Below are positions 31,072-45,157 of a stretch of DNA of 64,000 nucleotides, one piece after another. Under the pieces are notes generated by a model that saw only the letters and a program-made list of their open reading frames with translations, was not told the DNA's origin and did not search any database. Numbering within the stretch: position 1 is the stretch's first letter; each line of letters opens with the position of its first letter. Source of the stretch: a virus (taxonomy: Duplodnaviria > Caudoviricetes); IMG/VR virus record IMGVR_UViG_3300013830_000002, positions 32,001-96,000 of that record; one strand, given 5' to 3'. A program made the position numbers and the translations under genes.

Positions 31072-33799
31072 TGCAGTTCTCTATAATTTTATGGTCTTTA
31101 ATCATCTCTTCTACAGCATTAGTAGCAATACGCTACTTCTACATCTGAGTTGTTACATTATCATTAGTAACCATTTTTTTAATAAACCCGTCAAAACCTA
31201 TATCAGAATCATTTACAGCGGACTTATAATACTCAATATGACCTAATATATCATTCATAGTAGTATTAAATAGCTGTGCATCAAATTCTTTACTTGTTAA
31301 AGTTTGATTATCATCTAGCTATTTAGCTATCATATCGGCTACAGTTTCTTCTGCAATATCACGACGTGCAAGATTAGGATAGCTTCTACGTTTGTAATCC
31401 ATACTAAGCCTGAAATTACCATCATTCATATAAGTCTGAATAATTCTGTCATATTCCTCAGGATTATTTACCTTTATAATTCCAAGTACTATATGTGCAA
31501 CTTCATGGTATAAATCTTTCAAATTAGAGTTGCTGGTATTTATATAAATCTGTCCGTTATATATAAAGGCTCTTGTTCTTTTTAATTTATAGTCAGGAAT
31601 GATGCCTTTAAATTCCTCTTGCAGCTCTGAAAAAGTTCTTTGATTTATTGGAACTCCATACTGTTTTTGAATATGTTTGCAGGCAGCATCCATTATCTGA
31701 GTTACATAATCCCCGATATTTGTATCCCCGATTTTCCGACCATTGACATCAAGTTTGCTTTCTTTGTCTCCTATTTGTCTTAGTGTAACAATAGGAACCC
31801 CAGTTTCTTTATTTGGAATTATCTTCTCAACTATATAATTAAGTTTTTCTGCATTTATAATCTCATTAATATAGCTTTGTATTATATCTTCTGGAATTGC
31901 AGAGATAAGGTCATAGGGTGAACTTCCTTGAAGTTTATTTTTCTGTATATAGTCAGAACATTTAGCTAAAAATGCAGCAGCCTGTTCTGGAGTATATATA
32001 GTTTCAGTTCCTGGAATATTCCTGAGTACAGAATGAAAATATGTCATTGGTTGCCTGAACATTTCTGATATTGAAGGGACCATACTCTTAATTTGTGTAG
32101 AAGGTACTTGAATGTCAGATACTGTAAGAATCTGTCCAACTCGTAAGTCTTTCTATTGAACACGAGTTGTCCTTTTATCAGGAGTTTGCTTAAGTGTAAA
32201 CAAAGAGTTCTCCAAAATAGTGGATGAATTGTTGGCAGTTTCAATAGCTTTTTTAGCAGCCTCAATAGTAGGAACAAATTTCATGTGTGCTGGTGGAGAA
32301 ATAATGTTTCTTCCAACAGCATAAACAGTCTTACCATTGATTAGTCTTCTATAAATATACATTCCCTGATATTCTCCATTATTAACTCCTTCTTCATTTA
32401 CTGGAGAAAACAGATACTCTGTATTATAGCCAAAATCGTAAATCTCTCCTATTGATTCATAAGGGAAACTAAGTGTAATATAAGAAGTAGATTCTCTCGG
32501 AGCTACTTTAACTGTTTTAGTCACTATGTAATCATAGTTATAAACAATTTTTCCAGTGCTTCCAAGATGTGCAGTAATTACTCTGGGAAGAATTTGCTTC
32601 TCGTCATCTTCAATAGGGATTTCAATTTTATTACTGGTAATAAAGTCAATTTTTTCCTAAGCAGATAACTTATCAAAATCAGAGTACTTTCCCCATAAGT
32701 TTTCATTCCACTTTTTCGCAAGCAGCTTTGCACTTACCTATGGACTTCTGTGCTCTGTAATTGTTTTTACTTTATCCTCAGCAGTATCATTAGGCTGACT
32801 AAAGGTAATATCTGAAAGGGCTGCTCTTCCTAATTTAGGAAGTCCCAAGAACAAACCTGGATTTTCACCATTTTCATCACTGAATAATAGTTTAGACAAA
32901 GTATCGTTATCAGCCTGCTTAAATGCCTCCCATGAAACTTTATCTGCAAAATCAGGAATGTACTTTGCAAGTACATCATAAAAAGCCTTCTTAGGTATTT
33001 TCCAATCAAACTAATTATCTGACTTAACCGTTATCTGCTATAATGCCAACTCTAAATCAGTAAGATTATTATCAGAATTCCAGATACCATTTACTTTAGC
33101 TAGAATATTACCTAAAAGCTTTCTTGAGTTATGCACTTTACCATCACTTCCAACATAATCTGTAATAGAATCTCTGTCGTTAAGATACTGTATCAAAAGT
33201 TTTTCAGGAGTATTTAAATTTTTAGAGGTCTTTTTGTAGTCTACCAATTCCTGAAAAGTTTTCCATAATTCTGGACCAACAATCTGTTCAAGACTTCCAT
33301 CTTTCAGAGCTTGAGCTATTCTCTCCTTAGACTTAAGATACCTTAAAAACTTCTATGCATCATATTTGGATTTAATTACAAAAAGCTCTTTTCCATCAGC
33401 AGTAATAACCCGTCCGTTATATTCAACATTATTCAGTTTGAATTGATTACATCTGACAATATTATACGAGTTGTATAAAGACACATCATTAAACTAAAAT
33501 TCATTTCCTAAACCATATTCATCTAACAGTCCTTGAACCGTTGTATTACCGACTACTTCTCCTGAATTAATCATTTTAATAGTCAATGGTATTGCCTTGG
33601 CTCCTGATAGACTATCAGAAATTTCCTTTAGCTTAACTTTGGATTGGTGGCCCAAAATTTGAGCCACCTATTCCATAGTTAATTTAGTATTTTCGTCAAT
33701 ATCTACACCTTCAATATTATCGAGCTATATGGTTTTAGATTCCCGTTTTTTAGTTTCTTGGTTATATACTGGTATTTGTAAGTTTACTATACATGCCAT
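31064..33799 (-). CDS. ~911-aa protein with C-terminal zincin-like metallopeptidase (TAG=Gln)
   Basis: Starts MACIVNLQ; pieces 33247, 32524 and 32083 in frame; RAFIYNGQIYIN..LYHEVAH..IAEETVAD; ends KIIENCNA. Confidence 0.82.
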
Positions 33800-33800
33800 A

Positions 33801-36800
33801 TCAGCATTTCTTTAATATTAAAATTCTTCCAGACATTGACTGGTCAATCAATGTATCCTTTATCTGTTTAATCTGAGCTTCACTTGGTTCTCCTTCAAAA
33901 ATAAAGGACTTAATCATTGCAATGGTCTTGGCCATTGAAGGCATTTCAAACGGACTATTTTTCATATAATTCATTCGTCTTATTTCCTTCTGCTCTGGAG
34001 TTTCCTCTGTAGATTTAGTAGGAGGAAGTATTGCATAAGGAGAATATGAATTATCAGAATTTCTCTGATATACTATATAGGTCCAAACAGGGTCTTTTAC
34101 TTTAACAAAAGGCTCAGTATGAAATTTCATAGCATATTGTGAAATAAGTGGAGCTGCATTTATCTGGTAGTCAATTAGCTTGTAATCAGGTACAAAGTCA
34201 TAATCATAATCTTTTGTACCAACAAAATTGAAGTACTTGTTCAAAATGCTGGTTTGCCGTGAACAAGCTTTGAAAGCAGTAGTAAGTCTTTCACTTCCAT
34301 ACTGGTTTCTGTTGACAATAATATTATATAATTGCAGGACATCAGCTATAGTCATTGGGTGTTTATTGTCAGGGTAATCAATAAAGTTTTCTCCATTTCC
34401 AAATTCAGTACTCTCAAACCTTGCCATTCCAGTTAAGATTTCTCCATAGTCAACTTCTGATTGAGAAGTAATATTAGGATTCATCAAGTCAATATCTGTA
34501 GTGAGAAGTGGTTGATTTCCTATTTCTGTAAGAGTTAAATGTTTAACCAGTGGATTATTTTTATAATTGTCTCTTAGATACTGTAAGAAAGTAGTCTCAA
34601 CAAAATGTTTGAATCCTGCTATACCTTCCATAGTAGACAAATCATAGCTGTCAACCCCACCTGTAATCTCTGCAAATGAAGAGTCATATCCTACAGAATT
34701 CATGCCTTCAGGTAAAATAAACTAAGGAAGAGACTTACAGAATTCGTAGGAATTAAGTGCATCAACATACCTTATTACTCCCTGAAGTTGTTTATCACTC
34801 AGATAATTTTCATTCTGTGTAAGTTTGATAATCAAACGGCTCTTCATTGCTAAATTATTGGCTGTCACCAATAATTTCAGACAGTTCATAATCTGAGCAT
34901 AATGAGGAATCTGATAAACCATGTCGATAGCATTGACAGTACCCTTAAGTACATCAAGATAATCCTTTGCAATCTTCCTATAATTACTGTCATTCATCAT
35001 TTTAACAGGGTCAAAATTATTGATTATATCTGCTTCATTTGCAGCATCAAAAGCCCTTACTATCTTGTCTTCAGTTAAAGTAGGATTGTTTTCCTGCAGT
35101 CTTTCTACAAGATTCTGCCAAGCAGCAACAATTTTTGCCTGTTTCTTCTCATCATTAGAAGTTTTTGGATATAACTCTGATTTTTTGACCTCAAACAGAT
35201 TTTCCCTGTCAGATATTACCCTCTTTATGCTTCTTATTCGTTTGAGAATGTCCAATTCAGAAGTAGGCAATCCTTGATTTAGACCTAATACTGCTGAAGC
35301 AACAGTGGTCATTTCCTGAGAATAGTTATATATTTTCTGAAATTCATCAGCATCTGCAATCATGTCCTGTTCAGGCATTCCAAGTGCCTTATAGCTTTTG
35401 ACAACATCCTGAAGCTGCAAAGTCAAATCCCAGCAGTTTCTGATGTAATTGACTACCTCAGGGTCGTCATTCAAGGTACTGTCAAAATTCATAAGTTCTG
35501 AGTATAGATTAAATGTCTGATTATATACTTGAATATCTGGCCTTTTAGCTATAGCTTGAATAACACCACTCATAAGAGTATTCAAGTCAATATTGTTGAG
35601 TGCATCAGGGTCAGTCTCACTTCCGTTAAGAAGAGCAATCCTGACCTCCCTTTCAAGTTGGTCATTAGCTTTAATAAAATCAACAAGAGTGTTCCTTACA
35701 ACTTTAGATTTCTAAACTGGAGGATAATAATCCCCTGTTACAGGGTCTTCATATCCAGGATAACTTCCATGAATAAAGTTATTTGCATTAAGAATACCTT
35801 TAGACAATTTAATTGCCGTAGCAGCACTTACATAACCATTTTCCGTTTGGAACATATTTACATTAGACCTGCTGTCAATAAACTCTCCAATAGGAGAAGT
35901 CATAAAGGCAGCAATATCATCAATACTGTATCCTTGAACAATCAAGAATGCATACATTTTAGCATAATTGGTTCCTGCATTAAGTTTGGCAAGAATCAAT
36001 TCCTTAGCGTTCATTTATATTAGTAAATGTATATTTACCATACTTATATTTTCATATAAGATTAGACTATATCATAACTTCTGTTGAAGTTCCTTGTACT
36101 TCGGAAATTTTTCCTACTCTACTCGATTTTATTTCAGTCTTTCGATAGTCGTTGCTCCTTCTTCTTATTTATATTAAGAAGCTTGGGTCAGGGTTGTCCA
36201 ATTTTTAAACTTATTACTATATCTAAACAATTAATTTAGCCCTATAAATATTACTATTTATAGTTAGTATTTAAAACTTTAGGAATTTCCCTGAGTTCAC
36301 AAGGTTTTTTACTACGGACTCCGCTTATTTATATTTTAATTTATCTATGGTAATAATAGTGATTTAATCATCATAACCAAATTCTTTCAGCGCAATATTT
36401 TTCTTAAAAATTGTTAAAAACACTTTAATCCGTAGCGGCTGAAAGCATTTGAGAAATTGCCTGGTCAACATATTTGTAACCAGCCTCTTCAAGTGCTACT
36501 CCAAGTTTCTGAGTTAAAGCACTGTTAATTTGCTCATCAGTTAAATCAAGGTCAGGAAGTACTCGTGTAACACTTTCAATAGGAGCATTTTTTGCTCTGC
36601 CCTTTATTCTGTTCAGAGTTACCTGATACTTGAGGTATTCTATAGCTTTTGGATTTCCAGATTTTAGAATCTTAGTCCAGTAATAATAATCGTTAAACCA
36701 GAATTTTTCTGCATTTGCAAAAATACCAATATCCTTTTTACCTACCAAATTCTGGTATTGCATTACATATTTGGTAAAAGGATTAAGCATATTAAGATGA

Positions 36801-39800
36801 GCGGTCTGCTCCCCTTTTGGTGAATTATCAGCTGCTCTACGTGGGTCACTCATACCGATAGCTGTGTAAGCTTGGTCACGATTTCTGATGTCACTTGATA
36901 CAGCATAGATGTTTGCAGAAGCTACATTCTTGTAAGCTTGTTCTGCTACACTTTCAGGTATTTCATAACTTTCCTGCAGAGCAATGGTTCTCCTAATTTG
37001 GTCTATGACAGACTTGCTTATATTTGAGTCTGAGATAACATAATAACCACCATTTTTCTCTATTTTCAATAAAATATTTTTAAGATGCTTTAGATAATTT
37101 ATTCTTTGTTTTTCAGAGTACATCTCTGAAGGTCTGATATATTGAGTTGGAACTTCCTTTCCATTGCCGTCTACTTCAGAAGATTCAGCATTTTCAAGGA
37201 GTCCTATAACATCCTATGAAATATCCAAGTCTTCTTTGGTGAAATTATCATAAAGGATTTTACCATTTTTACTCATTAAATATGGAGTTCCTGTTTCATC
37301 TAATTGCAGCAAAGTGGTTTTAATACCCTTTGGAATCGGAAGTTTCTTACTTTCCTCAAGAGTTTTCACTGTCGTAAAATCAAAGAAGGGACTCCATTTG
37401 ACATATACAGAATTAGCACTATAATTCTGACCCATTATATAGGCTTTATCAATATCATAGTCAGAACCCTAAAGGTATGTTTGGAAGTGACTTACATAAG
37501 CCATATTTTTACTATTTTCTGTCCATCCTACCAGTTTCATAGTCATAAATGACTGAAGAGTCTGTGCAGGAATACGGGCAGCAATGAACTTCAAAGAGTC
37601 TTGGAATGAAACCCATTTTTTATGAGCTTCTTTTTCTAAATAATCTCTTTTTACATTTACTAAATGCTGTTTCTTTTTAGCATCATCACTGGAGAGCAAG
37701 TCTAACTAGTCTTCAATAGCACTATGAAGATTGGGGTCAAGAGTTCCTTGACCGAGCACTTCAATTAGTGAATTTCTGATAGCATTGACCTTGCCTTTCT
37801 GAAGTCGCTTCTCTCTGTTTATTTCAACATATTTATAATCTCCAGCATTGAAGATAGAAGCAATAATATGTTTTTGCTATCTTAAAGCATCAGTATTTTT
37901 AGTATCATCAGTTACAGTTTTCAGGTCTTTTTCAGTGTATCTAAGAGCTTCCTTAATTTCATCTAATGTAGCAACCTTGTACATTATATTATTTTTAAAG
38001 AAGTCTACTCCTTTAACTGTGCTTTTTGTCTTTATGTTATATCTGGTAACAAAATTTATCTTTCGCTGTACAATTCCGTCTTTTACTCTGTACATAGATT
38101 GGTCAAGTTCCTGATTATCCTTAATAAACTTGCCATCTCTATATTCTACAGAACCATCATTTACCCATCTTCCTATTTTAAATGACTTCTTTCCTCTTTC
38201 TACAGCATATATGTCTGCAAAACCTTCAGCATTATGCTCCTCAGTAGTAATATTGGTAAAGGGAACTTCTGTAACGGTTTGACTATCCTCAGTTACATTT
38301 CCAATAGTAATTAATGTATGTTTTCCATTTTCTCTTAAGAAAGCATAATCGTAAATATTATTTTTAGGGGCTTGTAAATTTTCTGTTTGCCTACGGAAGA
38401 AATCCTCTCCATCACTAAGAATTTGGTCTAATGACTTACCATCAGGAACTCCAAAGGTATTCTTATATGGGTTACTCATTATCAATTCAGCATCCGTATT
38501 CTCTAAAGTGTCTGCTTTCATTCCAGTCAACCACTCAGCATTTTTGTTTAGTTTACTTATAGCATTAAAATTTCCCTCTGATGCATTGTAAACATCATTT
38601 AGAGTGGCTTGAACTTCAGCCCTGTAATTAGGACCTCTGTTCTCCCAGGAATTCTTAATAGCTGGAGTATCAAAAATATTCATCCAGTGGTCAGTACCAT
38701 CAGCTCCAGTGTATTGCCATCTGATAATTGAAGGTCTCAGGTTATTAGGAGCAGTAGTACACTTTTTCAAGACCATATCATGCATTATTATTGTGCCATC
38801 AGGAGCAATTCCTTTCTTGAAATTATAATAGGTTTTTAAATCCTTAATATCAATGATTAAGTCATTGTTATTTTTATCCTTAACAGCTGTACCATCAGCA
38901 TTGAATACTGCTACAATATCAGATGGCATAAAATATTCAAGACTTCTTGCAGGCTCTTTTGCCTATAACTGTTTCAGATAGATTTGAAGCATTTTCATGT
39001 TGGCCTCATGCGCATCATCTACGTTATGAATAGCATCATAATATTTAGGAAGCCTTATTTCTGCAGGAGTGCTTCCATTCTCTGATTTCTTTGATTTATT
39101 CTCCTTGTTTCTTAAGTTAGCAACCTGTTCTGCTTTCTTTTCAAGTTGGGCAATTCTTGCAGTACCAATACCGAAACCTTCTTCATCAGTAGCTTCTTTA
39201 ATAATATTAGTGTTAGCATTACCACTTTCATCAACAGGATGAGTCCCATATTGAATCAGAAAATCCTGAAGTTGTCTTCTGTAGTCCTCTTGAGCAAGTC
39301 TGATTACATCAGAAGCCATAAGTTTTCTGGGCCCATTATCAGTACTTATTTCAAAATACTGTTGCATATTATATGCAGGAGCCATGACAGCACCAGTGCC
39401 TGGATGTTTACGTTTAATAGAATTCTTATTTATAGTTGAAGCAAGGGTAGCAATGAAGTCTGAGTAAATATTAGCATCACTAAATGGAAGCTTGACTTCG
39501 TCTTTTTCATGGTTACTATATTTATTGAATACATGTAAGACTGCCTGTTGGATTATATTGGTCAGATTTTCATTGTCCTTGATAGAACTATTCATAAAGA
39601 TAATTCTGCCAATTGCATCATAAAGGTCTGATTTAGCCTGACTGATTTTGATTTTATTCTTGGCATCAGCTTCCATTGCCTCTGTATCAGTCATTGGTCT
39701 TGTATTTCCCTGTGCATCAGTAATTGTATAATCAGTTTCTGCAGCCAAAGCATCTAAGAATTTATTTACTGCAACCAATGGCTGCTGTGATGCCTGAAAT

Positions 39801-42800
39801 GCAGTTGAGGCAAGGCCTTTAAAGATTTCATTACAGTTATTATAGGTAAATCCATAGGCTGAAGTAGCTGCAATAACCTGACTGAACTCAGTAAGTTCAG
39901 AGTCTACAATATCATGGTCTGCATTCATCTGCATTCCAAGACCATCAGAGTCAACCTCAAACCATGTCAAGTCTTCATCATCTTTCCATCTTTCTTTCTA
40001 ATTTACATTTTTAGCACCATTTTTAACAGCTGAATTGTTCAGGATATATCCTATCTGATACTGTTTCAGAGGTTGCGTATAAGTAGTCTGGTCAATATAT
40101 GGAGTACCTTTAATTCCTGGTTTCTTGCTTCCTATATTGCACATATAATTGCAAACTACCTCATTGTTATATTCACCGAATATACCTTCCTTGTTGCAGC
40201 TGTTTATTCCTCCAAGGGCTGAATGCAGTTCGAACAATGAATTAATGGTGTGAGCCCCCTGATGCTCAGAGACAAATTTAGCTGCTTTTTGATAAGTGTC
40301 GAAAGTATAGTGTTTCGATTTGGTAATGTTTCCGTTTTCATCCACTGAATCATAGAAAATATGGTACTTATTGACAGTGTTACCATAAGAATCCTTTTCA
40401 ACAGTATAGTAATACTTAGCTCCATCTTGTGTAACAGTCCTGTCAAGAAGCTTGATTTCCATTATGTTACCATACTTATCTTTATAGCATAATGGCTGAT
40501 TGCATGTAATATTCTTTGCAAACCACTTTTGAAGAGCCTCTCCTTCAGCTCCTGAAATAGAAGCTTCCATTGTAATAGGTCTGGTCAAATCAATATTGTC
40601 AGCAGGATTCCACTATAAGTTTGTTGCTTTCCTGAACATATTATATAGTCTGACACTTGCGGCAGAAGAGCTTCTCATAGCTTCATTAGTCATTGTATCA
40701 GTAGCAAATTTAGCCAGAAAAGCTGTTCCAGACTCTCTGTCATAGCTGTGCCAAATAGGTTTCTTAATAAATCCTACTGCCTGAGAGCCAAGTGCCCTGT
40801 TTTCCAAAATACATTGGAAAGGAGTAATTTGAGCAGAGCCATCACAAGCATCAATATCACCTTCGTGGTCTCCTCTATAATTATAGACAGGAGCCTGGTC
40901 ATCCTTTACTACTGCACACTTGATTCTTGGTGGAATACCATCACGGGAATTCTGTACACAGTATTGAAGTGTTGCAGGAATGATGACATTACGCTTAAAT
41001 TGTGTACTTTGTCTGTTATTTAAAATCTGAATGTTTGACGTTTCCCATAAATCCTGCAAGAAAGAATGTGCAGAATCTGTTTTCCCTTGCTCAGAATATA
41101 GATAATTTCCCAAATCATTCAGGTCATTGAACCTGAAAGCCTAATGAGCTTGATTAAATATATTGCTGTCAGTTATGAATTTTATGTCAGAATAATTTTT
41201 GTCTCTCTAATTTTTATCAAGCTATGATTGAGAATCTAACCACTATTTTACCTAATCATAGGATGTGAATTTATGTGCAGCAACTCCATTGTATGCTTTA
41301 TGCAGTTTATCAAACCATGTTTTGGTTTTTATAGGATGATTAGTTTCAAATCCAGTAAGTGTATAGCGAAGCTGATTGCTTAGGAATCCTTCAACATAGA
41401 AGAACTTGTCTAATAATGGATTTAGTTCTACTTTTTCATTAGGATTAAATCCATCACTCAAAGACATTATATTTCTGCCATTTTGTTTAGCAATAATCAA
41501 CTTACCAGTAGACTCATCAACCCAATTTTTAAAGAACTCAGTCCTAGCTTTGATTTTATTTTCCTATTTATCACAGTATCCTAAAATAGTCTTAATAATA
41601 GGATTCTTTGATTTTACGTTACTGTCAATAGTATCAGCTTCATATTGGCTAACAGTATCACCATCAGTTAAAACCTGATAAGAGCAATAGTTCTAAAGTA
41701 GTTGCTGAACAAAGATAGCCTTCTGTTTTTCCAAAAGTCTGTCAAGCATTCCTCCTTCAGTTGTGGAGTTATAAAGTTTCTGGTTAAACAGCAATGAACT
41801 GTCCAATTGGCAGAACCCTGATTTTAGTCTGACATAATCATGGTTCAGGGTTACAGAAAGGTTCATTTTCTGTGCTTGTGTCACAAGCTGGCTTTCTGTA
41901 ATATGATGAAGCATAGTATTTAAGTCAGTCTGTGGAGTAGATGTATAGAAAAATCTATTCTCTCCTTGATTCAGGAAATTGTCCAAAGCTACTTGCTTGT
42001 CTTCCTGCTTTTCAGTACTATTTAAAATCTCCAAAGCCTTTGCCTTGACTCCTGTAGCATACGCCTGCACAATTTGATTTAATTTACCTGTGCTGGCATC
42101 AAGAATTCTTTTAGTAGTAATTCCCAAAGTTTCGAAGTACTCATTGAGGAGCTCGCCTTTAGACATTGTCATAAGGTTCTTTCCTTTATAAACAGGGTTT
42201 AGTTCCCAGTTCAGGAAAGTGGTTTTATCCGAATATGTAGTAGGCTGTACAATTACATGTCCAGTAGCCAAATAAGAATCCCAGAATTTATTAAAGATAG
42301 CATGGAAAAATAGCTCTCCGTTTGTGAAATCAGAAATAGCCTTTGTTTCCCCCTCAGTATTAGTAACTTCCAAATCATGAAATGTTTTTACTATCATGTC
42401 TGGATTCTGAGCAAAAAGTAAGAATCGTACCTTTGAGTCTTCAGCAGCTTCTTTCTGTAGATAATAAACAAGGTTTGTACCTAGCTTAGCCACTGTATTA
42501 TTAGGAATTGAATTACCCGCAGAATCTTTAGTGGTAGCTTTTGATGCTTGCCCTGATAAAACAGACTCTGCATCTACCCATTGATTGATTGTCTGGTCAA
42601 AAGTAGTTGCTACTACTGGTCTCAAATCATTGAATACTTCAGTAAATGACCTGTTGGATTTTTTGCTTCTAAGATAAGCCATGTAAGCTGCATTACTTGT
42701 ATCTGACAAATATTTAGCCAAAGGCTTTCCTACTTTATTAGCATCGAGCCTCAATTTTTCAGCATAAGCAGATTTCATCGCCATCCTAAGCAACGGCTGA

Positions 42801-45157
42801 ATGAAATAATGAAATCCTTCTATAGGACTGTAAAGTTGTTGCAGTGTTCCTAAGACCTGAAGATTTTTACTTGGATTGGAAAGCAGGCCAAGTCCTGTGG
42901 TGTCATCAATAAATTGGAGTACCCCATTCAGCAGCCTTGCACCTTCACTTTCAAGTGGAAGGGAGTGCATTTTAGAGTATCTGAAATTAGTTGCAATTCC
43001 TATATTGGGATTTGATATTTTCTGAAAGAATTCAGATGTAACATCTTTTGTTACTTCTTCCCCTTCAGGAGTTATTTCATTTTTTGTTACCTTAAAGTAC
43101 ATTGTGCCTTCCTAACCAGGCCTGACCGTCCCAAATATTCCAGCCTTAATGTTATTAGATACTATTAAGCTGATAGTATAGTCACCTATTTTAACTGAAT
43201 ATTCTGTATTCTTACCTATTTTAGCAAAGGAATCACCAAGCTGTCCTTCAGTAAGTTGATATTTGTCAGCAAGACTTTGAAGCTTGTCTGTAGTCATTGA
43301 GTTTGCAAATCGGTTAACTCTTGTTTTTGTATTGAACTGGTCCTTTACATTGAAGAACTTTTTCTTGGCAGAAAGCTTCATCAGCCCTGTACTGTAATCA
43401 AACTTTGATTCAAGATAGTCAGCAACTGCATTCCTGTCTACATATCCTGCAATCTCTTCAAGAAGCACATTAGCAGCTGCATTTTCACGTCCTGCCTTAT
43501 TAGAGGCTTTTGCAAAAAAGGAATTAGTGTTTTCCCTGTCAAAAACAACATTATACACTGATTTCAGAATATTCAAATCATATCCAGTAATTTGCTGGTT
43601 TTGAATATCAATAGCATCTACAAGAGCTTTTGACATACCAGGTTGCTTTGAGAAAAGCAGTTCAAGGATTTTCTGAAGATTCCCAACAGGATTAGCATGG
43701 AAGTTTCTGGCCAAACTGTATAGCTCATTGGCATAGTCATTTTTATTCTTTCTTCCTTCTCCTGGGGTAGGAATATATTCAGAATCAACCTTAATATCCT
43801 TGAATGTGATATTATGTGTAATCAATGCATCCATAAGATTTCTGGAAGCAACAATCAATGATGTACTATTTACACGTCTATGTGTGTACTCTCCTGTTTT
43901 ATAGTTGAATACACCAATCATATCAAGCACGGTTTTTGTAAATTGTGATGTGTGTTTTTCGGCACCTACATCTTCTGATGTCTGCCACCCCTTAACCTCG
44001 TGCTTTACATCCCTGTGATATGAATATTTGGTATCAGAATCAAATTCTGCATTCTCAAGGCCTTCCTGAATGTCTATATTATCACCAAAAGTTTCCTTTA
44101 TAAGCTGGTCAAAATGAGTAAGCATTGTATAAGCCTATGAAGCACTTAGTAATGACGGAGACTCCTTTTCTATTTCACTAATAGCTTTTTTATCGTCGTC
44201 ACTGCCATATTTCTCAATATATTTTTTCAAGAAAGCATAATACTGAGAGTAATTTTCTCCTTCATATAGCTTTGTAGGTGCCTGTCTAGCCTTGAATCCA
44301 GTAAATTTTTTATCAGCTCTCTTTTTAAATTCATCCGATAAATATAATTTATTCCAAAGAGCTGTATATTTATCAGTTTTTTCCTTCTTTTCCTGTTCAA
44401 GCAAGACATTGTTTTGCTGAGTTTGCAATTGCTCAGAAAAATCGTCTATTTTCTTTACTTTATCATAGAAGAAATTAAGGGCATTATAGTAGTTAATAAG
44501 GTCAAGCTTTCCATCCTCATCATACATTTCTGACTTGAAGTCTGCTGCCTCTTCTCCGTATTGCTGCTTAAGGTATTCCACAAGAGACTTGAACATTCTT
44601 GCTTTTTCATCCATTATTCTAAGATTCAAAGTATGATTGTCAAAGTCAGTCATTTCTCCAGTAAACTGGTCATAATATGTAGCAGTTGAAAGCCTGTCAG
44701 AAAATGTTCTCTGTAATGCCTGAATTATAGTATACGAATCCAGGCCATAAAATTCTTTATAATGCTCAGTAAGGTTTGCCCTGTTTTTATCCTGAGCTTC
44801 AAATTTTGTTTTCGTTTCATTGTCCTAAGACGGAATATCCTCTTGGGTATTGTCCATCTCAAAATTCATGACATCACTGATTTTCTTTTTGATTTCAGAT
44901 ACTGACATATCTCCTGTATATGCAGCCAAGACAGAGTCAATAGTCTTGTCAAAAAGTCTTAATGAGTCAGCAATTTCAATATCATCATCTGCTTTGCCTG
45001 GAGATAATCTAATCTGATTACCAGGATGTCTAAATTGCTTAATGTAAGAAAGGAAACCATTAAGGTCTCCTTTCTTTAGACTTGCATTAAGCTTAATAAC
45101 TACGAATTTAACCTGCTTATCATCAAACAGTTTTAATCCACATATTTCAGCGCTCAT
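33801..45157 (-). CDS. virion-associated crAss-type RNA polymerase, ~3650 aa, spliced (exons 45157-36428 and 36011-33801; TAG=Gln)
   Basis: ARIPAQTLQSFM...YL*GSDYDIDKAY (DxDxD catalytic motif); DGS.Q; SAATD|NAKELILAKLN restored by splicing. Alternative start at 45163. Confidence 0.9.
36012..36427 (-). mobile_element. ORF-less group I intron (416 nt) in the RNAP gene
   Basis: GAT|TAA 5' site; terminal G at 36012; GTGAACTCAGGGAA (P), AACCCTGACCCAAG (Q), GCAACGACTAT (R), ATGATATAGTCT (S). IGS AGTCCGTAGT pairs with exon GCTACGGAT. Confidence 0.92.

Noticed and set aside
35712-36014. Separate RNAP subunit starting MNAKEL
   Set aside because: Exon 2 after a group I intron
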